Counted from the first letter of the whole stretch, positions 37,762-51,563 are shown. The stretch: DNA of 63,064 nt, filler included, from Rhabdomonas costata (GCA_019059605.1; 49 parts of 49 records of this genome joined end to end with filler, not necessarily neighbours in it); one strand, 5' to 3'. Notes: generated by a model not told the origin, from the letters alone. Made by a program: numbers and translations.

Positions 37762-38574
37762 TCACGGTTTGGGCGCTGCAAAAACCAGAGAGAAAAGACC
37801 CGCAGGCAGTTCCCTCGCTCGCTCTGTCCCGCTGTCCCTGCACACCCACCAAGCAGAAAGGTTCTTAATCCAGGCAGTCCAATGCCCCGGGACCCCCTTA
37901 GTGTACTCGACGGCGGCCAGAATGGTGTAAGGCTTCGTGTTTACAACTAAGTCGTCCAGCTTGATCAGCTTTTCGCCCAACTGCTCAGTCTTGAGGGCCA
38001 AGACCAAGGTCGCGCCTTTCACAATGTAGTCATTCACTCGAACAGCAGGACCCGGCTTCTTAGGCGCGCACTTCGGACAGTCGACGTAGTCCGCGGAGAA
38101 CTCGTCCTGCAGTCCTGCTACGGCGTCGGAAAGCAGCTCCTTGTCGCCCAGGTCGACAAGCACGGTAAAATGGTCAGAGTAGGGGCCGAGGACGACGTGA
38201 GGGCATGCTATACAATTTGCGAAGGTGGAGATCTGGAAGTGGCAGACTTTCGGCTGAAATAGCGATGCCAGTGCCATCCAGACAAGTCGGGCATCCCGGG
38301 TCCGGTCGGTGGTGTCCTCTGACTGCGTAAGAAAAGGATATTAGTCGATGAATACTGTTTAAAGTTGTGGAAAGGGAGAAAGGCGGAACTCATAGGAAAG
38401 TGAAGTGCAAAGTACCAGCAGTGGTTTGATGTCGTTGTTGATGATGAGGGCCGTTGACCGTCAGCAATGCTCTTGGTCACCGTGGCCAAGTGGGCCTGAA
38501 TCTTCTGCTTGGACTCCGCGTACTTGGTGAAGCAGGGGAGCAGCGCCTTGCACCGAACGATGCAGTGGAAGATC
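37762..38574 (-). CDS. Divergent ubiquitin-specific protease (C19)-like domain, C-terminal part; intron or frameshift near 38325-38460
   Basis: Two CxxC pairs (CIAC, CPKC), a His box YTILAAVEY...GHWTAWIK...WWVCRDS, and an RDARLVW segment resembling the QDA box. Confidence 0.7.
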
Positions 38575-38773
38575 NNNNNNNNNNNNNNNNNNNNNNNNNN
38601 NNNNNNNNNNNNNNNNNNTTAATTAATTAANNNNNNNNNNNNNNNNNNNNNNNNNNNNNNNNNNNNNNNNNNNNTTGTTTTTGATGTGCCCTGCCCTTTA
38701 TTTTCTTCCTTCGTGCGTGTTGCGTCGTTTTCCACCTTTTTTGTATCGCTGCTTGTCTGCTTACAGTTCTTTT

Positions 38774-39005
38774 CAGTTCTTTCTCTTACCGCTGTTCTGG
38801 GGGTTCTACCAGGTGGGCCTATCAGCCTCCTCAGCCAACCTCACCAATCGTCGGGAGCCTCATCGGAAATGGAGGGGGGGCACTTACTTCGGCCCAAAAC
38901 CTCGCCCTATTCGCTGGGTGACATCCGCCATGGTCACTCCCGAAGCGGACCGGACCGGACCAGAAACCTAACATTGACCTCAGAACTCGAACTGGAGTGA
39001 CGAGT
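38774..39005 (-). repeat. Dispersed ~240 bp repeat, copy 2
   Basis: Reverse complement matches 32860-33103 with substitutions and short indels. Confidence 0.9.
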
Positions 39006-42000
39006 TGGGGCTCATATTTGGTGGTATGGTAGTACTCTTGAGATGAGTTGGTTTGGGACAACGTTAGATTGGGGGCGGAAGCCAGCCTTCGCCGCGGCCG
39101 GAACGGCCGGATGAGGTAGAGTCGTGCCACGGAGGGGGGGGCGGTGCTGTTTATCGGTGTTAAACGTTTATTGCCCCCCCAATACAACAGCCCCGAGTGA
39201 ATTCCTTGCGTTCCCAATTGGGGTTGGGGTTGTCATTGGGGTTGTTGGAGCAATCCCGGCAGAATGTTTTGGTCCTGAGATCTGCGGTGTGACCAATGCA
39301 GCGATCTGGGTCTTTAGACGAACCAGCGATACGGCTGGGAGTTGGCGGCTGTAACGAAAGTACGTTGTTCTTTTCAGTTCCTCATGCTGTTCGCCTACAT
39401 TCCGATTTCTTCCGCACGAGTCCCACTCAAGCTCCTCCGCACGTGAAGTAGAAGAAGAAGAAGAAGAAGACACCACGGAAAAATCCCGAAAGAAAAAGCG
39501 CAGACGTCTTCTGGCGCGCCACATACATGGAGAAATCCATACCACAGTTTCTGTCCTTGCCAAATTTGCGCCCGAAGCTGAGCCATTTGGATAACTTTTT
39601 GGGGGATGTAGTACATGGGTTTCGCGTCGGTATTCTTCTTAAACAGTTGCTGAGATATTTGACAAAACGCAATTTAAACAGGATTCTCTCCATAGTAAAG
39701 CATGGCAAATAATTCCAAAACTTTCTGGCACTCCTTGCCCAAGGGTTGTTATTGGCCCTAGCGCGCACGCCTCCCTGTAGTACGACTCCCTGTAGCATGA
39801 CCTTGCCTTGCTCGCTTGTGAAGTCTCCCGGAGGCACCCAAAAAGAGTCAAATTTGACCTAAAANNNNNNNNNNNNNNNNNNNNNNNNNNNNNNNNNNNN
39901 NNNNNNNNTTAATTAATTAANNNNNNNNNNNNNNNNNNNNNNNNNNNNNNNNNNNNNNNNNNNNGGGTTTTGGTTGGGCGTTCTTGGAAGGAGTCCCTTA
40001 GGGAGTACACGCACTCTACTCTGGCAGCAATGTGAAGCAGGGCAGCTCCGCCTTGGGCAGGGGCCTTCTGGGTGCGTGGCCTACAGGTGATTTATGGAGT
40101 GGGGTGGGGAGAGCCCGAAAGGTTTCCGAGGTGGCCAGTCCCTACCGCGACCCGGCGCCTCAGTTGCCACGCAGCCCCACTTTGCGTTGTTGAGGGGCTA
40201 ACCCTCATTTATGGCAACCGTGATTGCCTCCGTTCTCTCTCTGTCTCTCCTCCGCTTGTGTGCTCGATGAGCTACCGCAGAGATTGCTGTCCATTGGACG
40301 CATTCCATGTGTGCCTTGAAGTGGCACTTGAATGTACACTTGTCGCTCACCTTCGTTCGTTTTGTGCGCTCTTCGTTCATAAAAACGCAAACGTTTTCCA
40401 CCCCCGAAGGTGCCAACACCAGCACATCATCGAGCAACAATCCTCATCCATCATTGGTGAAACTCACATTAACTCACACTACTACTCCACAGGGGTCACT
40501 GGTGGTGAAACTTGTGCACTGGCTGGACAGGTGTTTTGTGTGACACCGGAAGTGAAAGGAGAGCACTCCACAACCAAACGCTGATTCCAGATTCTTGATC
40601 TCGCTGGGAAGAGTATGCACTGTGCCGGCTCTTTTATTTTTCTTTGGTTCGGAGGCAGAGGGCTGCTTTGCCATTTCGGGGGCTTTTCGTTTCCTGGGGG
40701 GGGGTCTCAGACTGTTGCATTGTCTCTTTCGACCGGTTGGCGAGTCGCGATGGCGAAAACTCGCATCCCAGTTCCCATATTCCACTCTATTGAGTGCCAC
40801 TACGCGGAGCCGTTTTCTCCTCCTGCGACGTACATCCGGTACAAAGGTTGCCCCCCTCCCCTCCATCCCTCACTTCCTTCTACCCCGGGTGGTCGGGGAT
40901 GTGAAGTTAGGCGCCTGATATTCAACTGCAAATTTCCGCACTTGACGAGGCCATAACCTGAGTCAAGCTGAAGTCGTTGTTTGTGATGTGGTCTCGATCT
41001 GAACCTTGTGCTCAACCTTGTCGTACCCCGTGAATTTCGTGCGTTGCCTTGGCCTTCAGACCCGCATTGTGACTTCCCTACCCCAATGTCAATGTCGGCA
41101 TAGGTATGCTTAGGTAGCCCCTGTATCGCGCGCGCCCACCACACACACCCAACANNNNNNNNNNNNNNNNNNNNNNNNNNNNNNNNNNNNNNNNNNNNTT
41201 AATTAATTAANNNNNNNNNNNNNNNNNNNNNNNNNNNNNNNNNNNNNNNNNNNNATCCTCTGTATGAGAATTACGACAGGCGCATTTTAGAGCGCAACAC
41301 TTTTTTTGCTTTTTTTTTGGGGGGGGGGCGCAGCGTATGTGTGGTTAATCATATGGCAGTTATCTGTCGGATTTTGTATTTTATTTATCGCTTTTGAAGT
41401 GGCGCGAACCATTTCTGCTGTCGCGCCCGACTTTTGTCAGATCACGTTAAAAGGGCCAGCTGTGCGCAGACATTGGGTCCCGGCAACCATCGTCTGTTGT
41501 CGTTTCCAATTCCCTTGCGGGCGAGACGCTTTCTCCTGGTCGCCGCGTTTTTATCTCTGGTTTATAATGGGACCTCTTTTTCTTCGACTCCTCCATCATC
41601 CATAGTCTGTGTATTGTTGCGTAAAAACTCAGTTTCTTAAATTGCATAGGCCCAGCGAGAGCTCCAGGAGCAGCAGCAGTCGCGGGATAGCCCCTCTCGG
41701 TGGGGCTCGCGGGCTGGGCGAAGCCTCTCCGCCCATGCCCGGCCCAAGGTGCGGGGCTTTTTCGCTGAATTTGGCCCCAATCTACATACGCTAGTTTTCG
41801 ATTGTTTCCGCGAAGTCCCACAGTCTTGATACTGTCCGGCGGCAGTTTCCAGCCTCCACTCGCTTTCAGTTCCGAGGCAGCACACCCCCTTTCTCTCTCG
41901 GACGATGGCCTGGGAAATAGCTAGCGTCAGCTTGAGTTCCACCGTTTCCAGCTTTTTTCGGACATATTTCGGAACCTTTAGCACTGAAAAAAAGATTTGT

Positions 42001-43181
42001 GGTGAAGTGTGCATTGTCACCGAGGGCACGAGCTTATGCTGTGCGTGAGTACAGCAGTCGACAAACTATGCCCACTTGCCGCTCGAGCCCGAGACGGCGG
42101 TACCGCCGACAGCACCAGGTTGCACAGAAGCTTACACTCTACCAAGGTAAGCACAGGGAGGCGGATTGCGAGGATATGTACCCAAGGCATGTGACACTTG
42201 CAGCGCGGGATGCGATAGCCATGCCGAAGGCCGAGGCAGGACCGAGGGGAGTGGGGACGGGAAGAGCTCCTTTCCAAGCCACCGAAAAGAAACGCATTTT
42301 CTTTTGCACTGCAAGAAGGCGCTTGCTTGGGCCCAGCCTCCTCTCTCAGTGTGTATGTATACTGACCCCTCCCGCATAGGACCCTCCACGTGCTGCGCGG
42401 AGTCCCGGTCGAAAGGCGGGGCCTGCCGCCCCCTCGCCCTCATCNNNNNNNNNNNNNNNNNNNNNNNNNNNNNNNNNNNNNNNNNNNNTTAATTAATTAA
42501 NNNNNNNNNNNNNNNNNNNNNNNNNNNNNNNNNNNNNNNNNNNNGGTGTGGTGTGGTGGCTGAGAGGGAGGGGGCCGCGGAGATTGGGAGCATTCTACGC
42601 CGTACTTTCATTAATCCATCCATGCGTTGCTGGTAGCAACAGAGAATACTGTGCCTCCCCCCAAGTCCTGAAGTTCACCTTGGCCCCCCTCCCCAAGTTT
42701 GAACGATGCCCGTTGTGCACCGGAGGATAGACGGACCTCGTGCGCAGTGAGAGAAGCGGTCGAGCATCTGTTAGGCAGTGCCCGCAGACGCACCAGGCGA
42801 AATTCACTGTGAGAGAGGAGATTCAGGGGAATAGATACACAACCATAGAGCGGTGTCCTGCACCTTGAGCTCCGTGAGACAAGGAGACAAGGTCCCAGCC
42901 CTCCCCTCCCAAATGAGGAGTGCGGAGCCTCAGAGACCCCGTGCAGAAGGGAGGTTTCCGCACGTAGAACGTTCGGCGGTGAGCGGGTACCCCACTGCAC
43001 CGTTCGCTCCAACGGTAACTCTCGAGAGCACCCGTAGCCAATAGCGCGTGCTCCTGTCAGTCCACAGTGGTTGCCAACAGTCTATCAGGCAGCAGCCAGG
43101 GCGTTATGCGCCCAACACGCACACTTCCACCTGCACACACCCGCGTACTCCAGGATGACCCAGGTTCCCCTGATGGGGCAG

Positions 43182-43625
43182 GTGGAGTGGTGGTGCACCT
43201 ACGGCCGGCCCCCCTTGGAGTTCCGCAAGCTGCTTATCCTGGCGGTCACGGTGCGCACCTTGGTCGAGAACGCCCCCCAGGGCACCGTTCGGGGCACGGG
43301 GACTTACACCTCCTTCATCACCGCCCTGGTGCAGTACGTCGTCGACCGAAAGGCACTGCTGTTTTGCAGTTGCTGTGTGTGTTGCCCGTGGCGGTGGGTA
43401 TTCTATGGAGAGGCGTGAAGGACCGGTTCAGACTGCCTCTGTGGCGGTATGCCGCTTTGTCGGGGCTGACGTTGGGTGACCAAGTACGTCGGAAAACTCA
43501 TATGTAACCAAAGACCTTTTACAGATTTGGATATATGTCAGGGAGAGGATCGGACCTATATGTCGGACCACAATGCTGGCCTCCTGAGTTTCTGTACCAC
43601 AGTGCTTCGTTCGCCCGAAATGGCG
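43182..43625 (+). CDS. Hypothetical protein, 2 putative exons
   Basis: VEWWCTYGRPPLEFRKLLILAVTVRTLVENAPQG...YVVDRK|gc and ag|GEDRTYMSDHNAGLLSFCTTVLRSPE; GC3-rich. Confidence 0.45.
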
Positions 43626-45406
43626 ACAGCATTGTACAAAGAAGTTTTGGGCTTTGAAGGAACCCCCCGGTTGAAAGCGTCCCTCTGCGTCTGTGTATGA
43701 AAGCTTTCAACCGGGGGGTTCACCCAAACCNNNNNNNNNNNNNNNNNNNNNNNNNNNNNNNNNNNNNNNNNNNNTTAATTAATTAANNNNNNNNNNNNNN
43801 NNNNNNNNNNNNNNNNNNNNNNNNNNNNNNGGGTGGTGGTGTTCAGAGACCTTTCGTGTTGTGTGTGTTTGCGTTGCCCGAGGTGCGTATAGAACTGAAA
43901 GCGGTTTGAAAAACCTTCTGGGGGACTTCTGTGATTTTCAATGCGCTTCTTCGTTCTTATTCTTTTTTTAACTTTCTGCACCTGCCACTGCAGCAGCGTT
44001 ACACCTCCGGATGTGCTGGTTGGATGCTGGTGGTAGAAAGAAGCACGATATAAAGGATAACCTGCATGCGTACATCGTGATAGCCGGTTCTTTTCCTACC
44101 CCCGATGCAGTGGGTACTCGGATCATAAGTGGCACGGGGGCGGCTGGCAAGCAGAATAAAAGCGGTGTGGATAACTGCACAGATCACGCTGAATGCCAAA
44201 GGCTGCACAATTAACTGAAAGGAATGTTTGCAGGGAAGGAACAGGACGGTGGGGAGGGGGCTGGTGATATTTTCTCCGAAACACTTGGGAGAGGAAAATG
44301 AGAATAAAAGAGATAAAATTTTCTGCTGCTGGATAATGGGAACGTATGGTGTACGCGCACCTGGGCTGCAAGGGCTCGCCGACCACCCTGCGGGGCGCGG
44401 GGGCCGGGCCGGAAACCTTCCCCCACAGCGTGATAACTTCAGAGAGCTTGGCACGCATCCTTTCGGCCTCTTGGCGGTGGCGTTCAGAGAGCGAGCCCCC
44501 GCGAAGCAGCCGCTCCAGCTGCTGCAGGTAGTCTGTGGTAAAGTGCAAAGAAGGGGATCTGTATCACTCATACCCTTCAAAGACCCTCCCCATAAATGAA
44601 TTCCTCCAGAAAGACCACACCCTCACCCTCAGAACCGGTGTCAGGCGTCAGGCATCGGCATTCGGTAAGGTGCCAGCAAAAACAATTCCTGGCTACAGTG
44701 ACCACGCGAATGCGTTGCTCGGTCACAACGAGGGGGAAAGCAGAGGTAGCCGGTTTGTAACGGTATTTGGTTGGTTGGTTGGTTGGATTGTTGGATGGGT
44801 GGTAAATTAGTGAGTGAGTGAGTGCGTGCACGGGCGAGTGTGTGAGAGAGAATCTCTCTTCAAGTGGACAAAATTTGTGATCCTGCATCTCTTCTTCACA
44901 ATCCGCAAAATTTCTTCAGAACGAACCAGAAGATGCTCGCGCGTTTGGTTTAGGAGTGCAGAAACAGGGAGATAGAGTGAGAGAACGGTGGCCCCAAACC
45001 ATTGCAACGGTCAAAAANNNNNNNNNNNNNNNNNNNNNNNNNNNNNNNNNNNNNNNNNNNNTTAATTAATTAANNNNNNNNNNNNNNNNNNNNNNNNNNN
45101 NNNNNNNNNNNNNNNNNTTTTTTGGGTTCCTAGAGTCGATTGAAGGGCCATTTCTGGGGTGTTTTTGAGCCCCTTTTGCCCTTTCTCAGCCCCTTTTGGG
45201 GGCCTTTCCAGGCCTTCACATTGAGCCTGAGCTTTCGGCTTTCGGGTCTGCACACCTAAGGGCAGAGCCCGGTGCTTCACTAATACGGGAATATGGACGG
45301 CTTGCAGCCCTTTGCGTCAATGGCTTGCTTTCAATTCCAAACCAATGGAAAAGTAGTGCTCAGTGCGAGGTCAAAGCAGCGGCTTTCACCCCCTTTCCCA
45401 CCGCAG

Positions 45407-46069
45407 GTGGCCCTGGACAACAATGTGTTGGGCTTGGCTGAGGTGGGTCAAGTCCTCCGCAAGCTGGGCTTCCGGCTCGCTGAGAAAGAGGTGGCTTTTT
45501 GTGTCCCCCTCTCCCTTCTCCTCCTCAACCCCTCACCGTTTGTGTGCTGATCTGGGTATTTATTGAATGGGCCAGGTGGAGAGCTGGAGGACGGGTTTTC
45601 ACAAATCTCTTGGTCCATTGGGTTTTAACCCGTTTGCAACGCGAAGTGGTGCTCGCTGCTGAGGCAACTCATGCACAGCGGTCGTCACTCATAGTTTTGT
45701 TTGCTGCTGATACCAGTCTTGCTCAACGCCCTGACATTTTGGCAAACGGCTGGAGGGGCAGTGGCAAGGGATTATTAAAGACCAGAGAATGGGCGGGAGA
45801 GGTTTCAGACCTTACTTGACGGGGAGGGGAGCTCAAACATCCATGTTATATTTTGTATCACTAACGGAAATCGTCGGATCCAGCCCTGCCCCACGTTTGC
45901 GCCCGGGCACTGTTCACCATGAGCACGTGAGCGCGGTCTTCTGGAACTCAGGGGGATGGGGTGCGGTAGGTCCGCGAGGTTACTTCGAGGTACGCCAGCG
46001 ACCTGCGCGCGGTGACCTTTGAGGAGCTGCTGCGCATTGTGCACTGCCATGCCGCCCTGCTGCATGCCG
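45407..46069 (+). CDS. Degenerate EF-hand (calmodulin/centrin-like) protein, 2 exons (45407-45490, 45970-46069)
   Basis: Spliced LGLAEVGQVLRKLGFRLAEKE|VREVTSRYASDLRAVTFEELLRIV follows the EL..VMRSLG...T..E...I.F.EFL pattern. Confidence 0.6.
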
Positions 46070-46894
46070 GTGCCGCCGCGGGGGTCTCGCGAGAGGGAGG
46101 CTCTCGGCCTCTGCCCCTGCTGCTCCCCGAGACCACCGTTGAATGAGAATGAGAGACTGTATTGCATGTTTGTGAATGGGAGCGCATCTGTACAGCTTCT
46201 TGCTTCTCGCTGATGATCACGTTGGTTGGTTCTGTGACTTACCAGCGGACTTCTGTTCGTTTCCCGTGCCCACCTCGCGGACCAACCACACACCAAACAC
46301 ACCCCCNNNNNNNNNNNNNNNNNNNNNNNNNNNNNNNNNNNNNNNNNNNNTTAATTAATTAANNNNNNNNNNNNNNNNNNNNNNNNNNNNNNNNNNNNNN
46401 NNNNNNTGTGGGTCGAGAGCACCTCACCCACCCAGACCTGCCCCTCTGGCCATTTGTGTGTGTTGAATCCTGATCAGCAGCTTAAAAAGGCTCATTTGTC
46501 ACCCGATACAGGAAAAAAACTCACCTCCCACCTTACCCAGTCTTTGACGCACCGACCTACGAGACAGGAGCAGAAGGTAAGGGAAGTGTAACCCCCGGGG
46601 ACGGATGGTGTAGCTTGTACCATCTCGGATGCAAAACGCAACCGGGGGTTGGGACAAGGCAGTCGTAAACTTGGTGCCTCGCACTTTTGTTCAGATTTTG
46701 TTTTGGTTTTATTTTTCTGCGGCCCTTCCGTTGACGTTTGAGATGAACACCACCGCCTTCATTGGACCCCACCTCCAAAGGTTTGCGCCTTTCACGCCAT
46801 TCTTCATCAAAAAGAGAAAGAAAAACAAGAACAGCGCTCTACAGAGACCCCCCCTCAAGATCCTCTCCGCTGTTCGCAGAAACACGCCCCGTAC

Positions 46895-47213
46895 CACTGC
46901 TAGGATCCTTCAGGACCTCTGTGCACCGCAGCACCCCCGCGAACCGCAGCCTGACCCGAGCTCCAGGGCTAAGGCGGTGGAAGCCCGGTGGAGGCTCCAC
47001 CGCGAAGTCCGCCCGCTCGATCACTACCCGCCGGGTCAGCGCCACCCTCCGCCGACCCATTGCCGCATTCCGGGGGTGGTTGCCCGCCCATACCCACCGC
47101 ACTTCCTCCCCATACGGCGCCACAGGCGATGCCGTGTCCACAGTACTGGTTTCAGGACTTGGGAGGCTGGGGGTGAAGTTCACGATCTCCACTAGAAGAG
47201 GGTCCACCACCAC
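46895..47213 (-). CDS. QARS: Glutaminyl-tRNA synthetase, anticodon-binding domain exon
   Basis: VVVDPLLVEIVN...NHPRNAAMGRRRV...IERADFAVEPPPGFHRLSPGARVRLRFAGVLRC. Confidence 0.88.
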
Positions 47214-47711
47214 CTGGTCGAACAGCGACGAACCAAAAGCAAACGAGACAAGTAGTAGAGCGCATGACGCGAAGGTTGGTCTGGCTGAAGCGAGCTATGT
47301 GAAACGAACACACCCACATTTGCACCCATTTGTTTCGGCACCAAAACGAAATTGGGACATATGTGCCAAGGTGTTAAAAGTCTCCCAAAAGAGGAAGAAG
47401 ACCCCTCCTTCAGAGTCTTTGCCAAACTCAGTCCTCCAACAACATCTCCTCGTTGACTTCCGATCTGGCGCTTTGGCAGCGACCTTACTGAGGACAAAGA
47501 AGACCAGGACTCCGTTAAAAGCTGTTGAATCACCCCGTGACTTGCTAACAGGAAATGCACAGTATGGCAGACCAGCCTGCGGGGCACGGCGGGCTCNNNN
47601 NNNNNNNNNNNNNNNNNNNNNNNNNNNNNNNNNNNNNNNNTTAATTAATTAANNNNNNNNNNNNNNNNNNNNNNNNNNNNNNNNNNNNNNNNNNNNGGTT
47701 AGTGGTTAGCC

Positions 47712-48110
47712 AACGAGAGCTCCAAGCCATGGACAAGAAAGCCCAGGAGCTGCGCGGCTCTGTGGAGCGGTTTGTGCGGGGTAGGGTTCGGGTGATGTTC
47801 AGATGTGAACCCCATTCCCTGGATATGCAAGTGAAGGTCGTCTCGTCCTGTCATTGCTGATGGCAACTGTTATTCTGGTGGCTGTGTCAGACGCAAGGCT
47901 TCGGGTTCTTGCCTGTCACTCCGTTGTGCGCTTTTGGTTTCCTATAAATGATGTATTCCCTTTCCATTTTTCCGTGGGGTTAGAGCGGAGCGGTCGCTGG
48001 AGAGCCGCCTGCAGGACATCCTGGCCACCGTCACCGCGGTGCAGGATAAGACGGACACTGCGGACCGCCGCTATCTCGGCCTCATCGACGCCTCCGACCG
48101 GAGGCTTTCG
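47712..48110 (+). CDS. Hypothetical coiled-coil protein, 2 putative exons
   Basis: QRELQAMDKKAQELRGSVERFVR and AERSLESRLQDILATVTAVQDK with GT/AG boundaries. Confidence 0.4.
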
Positions 48111-50785
48111 GTGCGGACCCACCCACCCACGGGCACTCACAGACGCAACTCTTCTTTTTTTCACCCCCACTTTAACAGTTGTGTCACTCTTCAACATTTG
48201 CTGTCCCTTCCACCTGCCCCACTCCTCATGGCAAGCTCTCGTTCAGGACGAATTCTCTATGGGGTACTTCCAAATGAGGCCCAACGCACCTTTTTCACTT
48301 CTTCGGTTTTCGTTTTATTCGCTTCTCTATCCGAAAGCAGAAGTTAGCGTGAGGATTGGGGTGGGGGTGAAACCGGACAATTTGTGGTGCAAATAACTGC
48401 CCTTGGCGTTTCTACGACGTGCGGACTCTCTGTCGAAAATCCGTCCCTAGTCCCTTCCACACACGCACACCTGCCCAGGAGCGCATGGCGCAGATCGAGG
48501 GCACCTCCGCTTCCATCAACGAGAAGAGCAAAGAGAGGGACAGACAGGTGACCTGCACTCAGTTTCTGTGTTGACCTGTGCGATTTCTTCACAGCATGTG
48601 TCCCTGCGACCTTTTGGCCGACGTTTTTTGCGACGCCATGGTGTTCGTTTTTGCTCCACTTCGCTTTCAAGGCTCTGGTAAAGGTTAAAGTGACGGCTGC
48701 GAGGATCAATGAGGCTGTCAGTCTTGCCCCTTCTGTGCCCTTCAGAGAGGTGGGACTTGAACCCATATGTTTATACCAATGGTTGGAGCTTTTTTTTGAA
48801 GTAGTCGACGTCTCAAGCCTCCATTTGTCCTTCAACCCCAGGTTAGATTGGGCTGGCGGCGCTAGTGCATTTATGCCCCCCACCCNNNNNNNNNNNNNNN
48901 NNNNNNNNNNNNNNNNNNNNNNNNNNNNNTTAATTAATTAANNNNNNNNNNNNNNNNNNNNNNNNNNNNNNNNNNNNNNNNNNNNAAGCAGACCCAGGGT
49001 GGGTCAGTGCTTTCGTGAGACTGTTTATTCCGAGACTGAGCGCCCAACGGAAATTACCCACAGGTCGTCAGCCTGCGTGTGGGAGCAGGAGATGTGCGGT
49101 GCGTAGGAAGTAGGCGCGTCGACGAGTCGTCGGTCGGAAAAGCATGGTCCAGATCCAATATACCGAGAAAGGAGGAGGGGAGAAATGGCGAAGAGGAAGG
49201 AGGTTAGATTGGATACGAGGAGGAAGAGATATGTAGCGGGACGTGCAAGGGTCACGCGCGGAGTGAATCCAGTCCAAATGTCTCCGTGGCCTCCAAGCTT
49301 CGCCAGACCCCGCCGAACCAGGGCCAGACAAGGATCCGAAGTTTTCGGTGAAGGGGGGGGGGAGCTCCGGTTTCGGGTGCGAGAAAGAGCCATCCCAACT
49401 AATACACCAGGATATACTAGATATACACTGGCAGAATTAGTCCTTGGAAAAAGACAGCCTTTGTGCAAGAGAACAAGAACCAGAATCAAAACGAGGGAAC
49501 CGCTGCACTTTTGGCACGGGTCCATATCAATAGCAGTGTGGCATTCACAAGATGACCCCACGTGTTCAAAGGTCAACCGAAGTAGAGGTGGTGATAATGG
49601 GTGATGGTGGTGGTAGGCAGCCCAGTTCATCGTACGGGCCCTATGTATAAAAAGGAATGCAAACTCTCGCCCCATGAGCCCTGAGCGGGGGGGGGGGTGC
49701 TTTTGGGTTGGAGGTGCCGGGAGAACCGGCAGGCACAGCACCGCAGCAAATGCCGGGAAGGAGGGCTGGAGGGCGGGAAGAGGTCCGAGCCCCCAGCACA
49801 TGGCCAGAACTTTGTGGGTCTGCAGCCAGGAGCTCGTGAACAGGAAGAACATCAGCACTGCCACCTGAGGCGAGACGCAGACCCAACACTTCAAGGGGGC
49901 CGCTGTCATTGGGGGCGATGCGCATTTTGTCCTACCAAAGATGAAGTCGTGCTTTCCAAGAGTTTGGTGGACGACTGGGACGCTATTAGTTGAGGTTGCG
50001 GGGAACACTGATGCATGGTGCCGAAAGGCGTCAAAAAGCGGCGTAGCTATCATACCTGACCCCCCCACACACAAACACACTATGTGAGCTTAAACCTATC
50101 CCCCCGCGAAAGCCCCCACTCAGAAAGTGCCTAGGAGCTTGGGCCGCCGAAGGGAACACCTATAAACCAACACANNNNNNNNNNNNNNNNNNNNNNNNNN
50201 NNNNNNNNNNNNNNNNNNTTAATTAATTAANNNNNNNNNNNNNNNNNNNNNNNNNNNNNNNNNNNNNNNNNNNNAGGTGATGCTGATATATTCTTGATGT
50301 TTGTGTGTGGTGGGGAAGAGAAACGCGAGTCTTCCCCAGAAAAAGTCGTCCTGGCCAATTGCACAAAGTGTGTGTGTGTGTGGTGTATGTGTTTGAAGGT
50401 TGGGTTCAAACCGCCGTTCTAATGTGCCAGTGAGGTTTCCGCCCATGCACCCAGCAGTAGAGGAAGGGGTGGCGATTCCCCCCAAAAGCAATTGTGAATT
50501 AACAGCCAAAGTGATTCTGTAGTTGAGTATCTGCCACCAGAGAGTCAGATGTAGGTGTAGTCAGGTGTAGTTTTTTCAAAACAACTGGTGCCTACAGCGT
50601 GCCTGAAAGCAATTATTTTTCCGTTTTCTCGACCGGTTTGCTTGACACATTTCGTTTCTTGCCTGCCCGGCATTTTCACACTGATGCCTTATGGAAACCT
50701 CTTCGCAAAACAAGGACGAAGAAGACCCGAACCTTCGATTGCACATCACAACTTAAATGTCTTCTGGTATCCCGCTGTGCGTCAG

Positions 50786-50945
50786 ATTGCGATGGTGAAA
50801 TCTGCGGATTCGATCATCCACCAGTACAACGGGCTCTCCGCCGAGGAGAAGGCGTGGTACAGCAAGTCTCCGGTCTCAGAGGTGGTGCTTGCACTACGCG
50901 CGGTGGTGCCCCTGGTGGGCTTCCTGGTGTTCGTCCTGAAAGTCG
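50786..50945 (+). CDS. Membrane protein exon, possibly DUF1538 family
   Basis: WYSKSPVSEVVLALRAVVPLVGFLVFVLKV; clean cag/gtatgc boundaries. The family call is from recalled motif similarity. Confidence 0.5.
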
Positions 50946-51563
50946 GTATGCGAACCCCCCCCCCTTCTTGCGGTGTTGGCGATACTTGGTTTTGTGTTTC
51001 CACCTTCACGCACGCTTCCCTTGACACTGCCACACTCGTGTGCGTGTCTGATCCATAATGTTAATGGGGGGATAGCACTATGACCCTGTCCTCCGCAGTA
51101 ACACGACTGCGGTACCCTTCATTGCGCTCAGTCAGTGTGCGACACGCTGGAACTTCGGTACATTGGTTCCTATATGCCCTTCCCTGTCGAGGCAGTATAC
51201 GTTTGCCATTTTCATGAACTCCTCTCCGACCTGGCCCCTGACGGCTCCGTTAATTCGGTAATTGCAGTCAGCTGTTGTTGTCACCTTGACGATTGGTGGT
51301 ACAGAGGCGCGCATAGGAGAATCGATACGTGCTGCTGGCAACCCCTCCCCCTCCCCAGAACATCAAAAGAGGAATTCATGCAGACACACACACACGCTCT
51401 GTGGACACGCGCACACAGTGCTGAAGGTGCCGTTGCCGTACATCTCTCTGATGCCCAACCACCNNNNNNNNNNNNNNNNNNNNNNNNNNNNNNNNNNNNN
51501 NNNNNNNTTAATTAATTAANNNNNNNNNNNNNNNNNNNNNNNNNNNNNNNNNNNNNNNNNNNN

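Noticed and set aside
39000-39864. Possible retroelement coding remnant next to repeat copy 2
   Set aside because: No RT, RNase H, integrase or tyrosine recombinase motif recognised in any frame.
46762-47652. 296 aa plus-strand ORF
   Set aside because: Antisense shadow of the GlnRS exon.
48740-48770. tRNA T-arm/B-box-like GGGTTCAAGTCCCA on the minus strand
   Set aside because: No matching acceptor 5' strand, D-arm or anticodon arm upstream; at most a relic.
49025-50080. Longest ORF in the track (351 aa, minus strand)
   Set aside because: Low-information, intron-like translation. Only a short hydrophobic exon (~49800-49865) looks coding.
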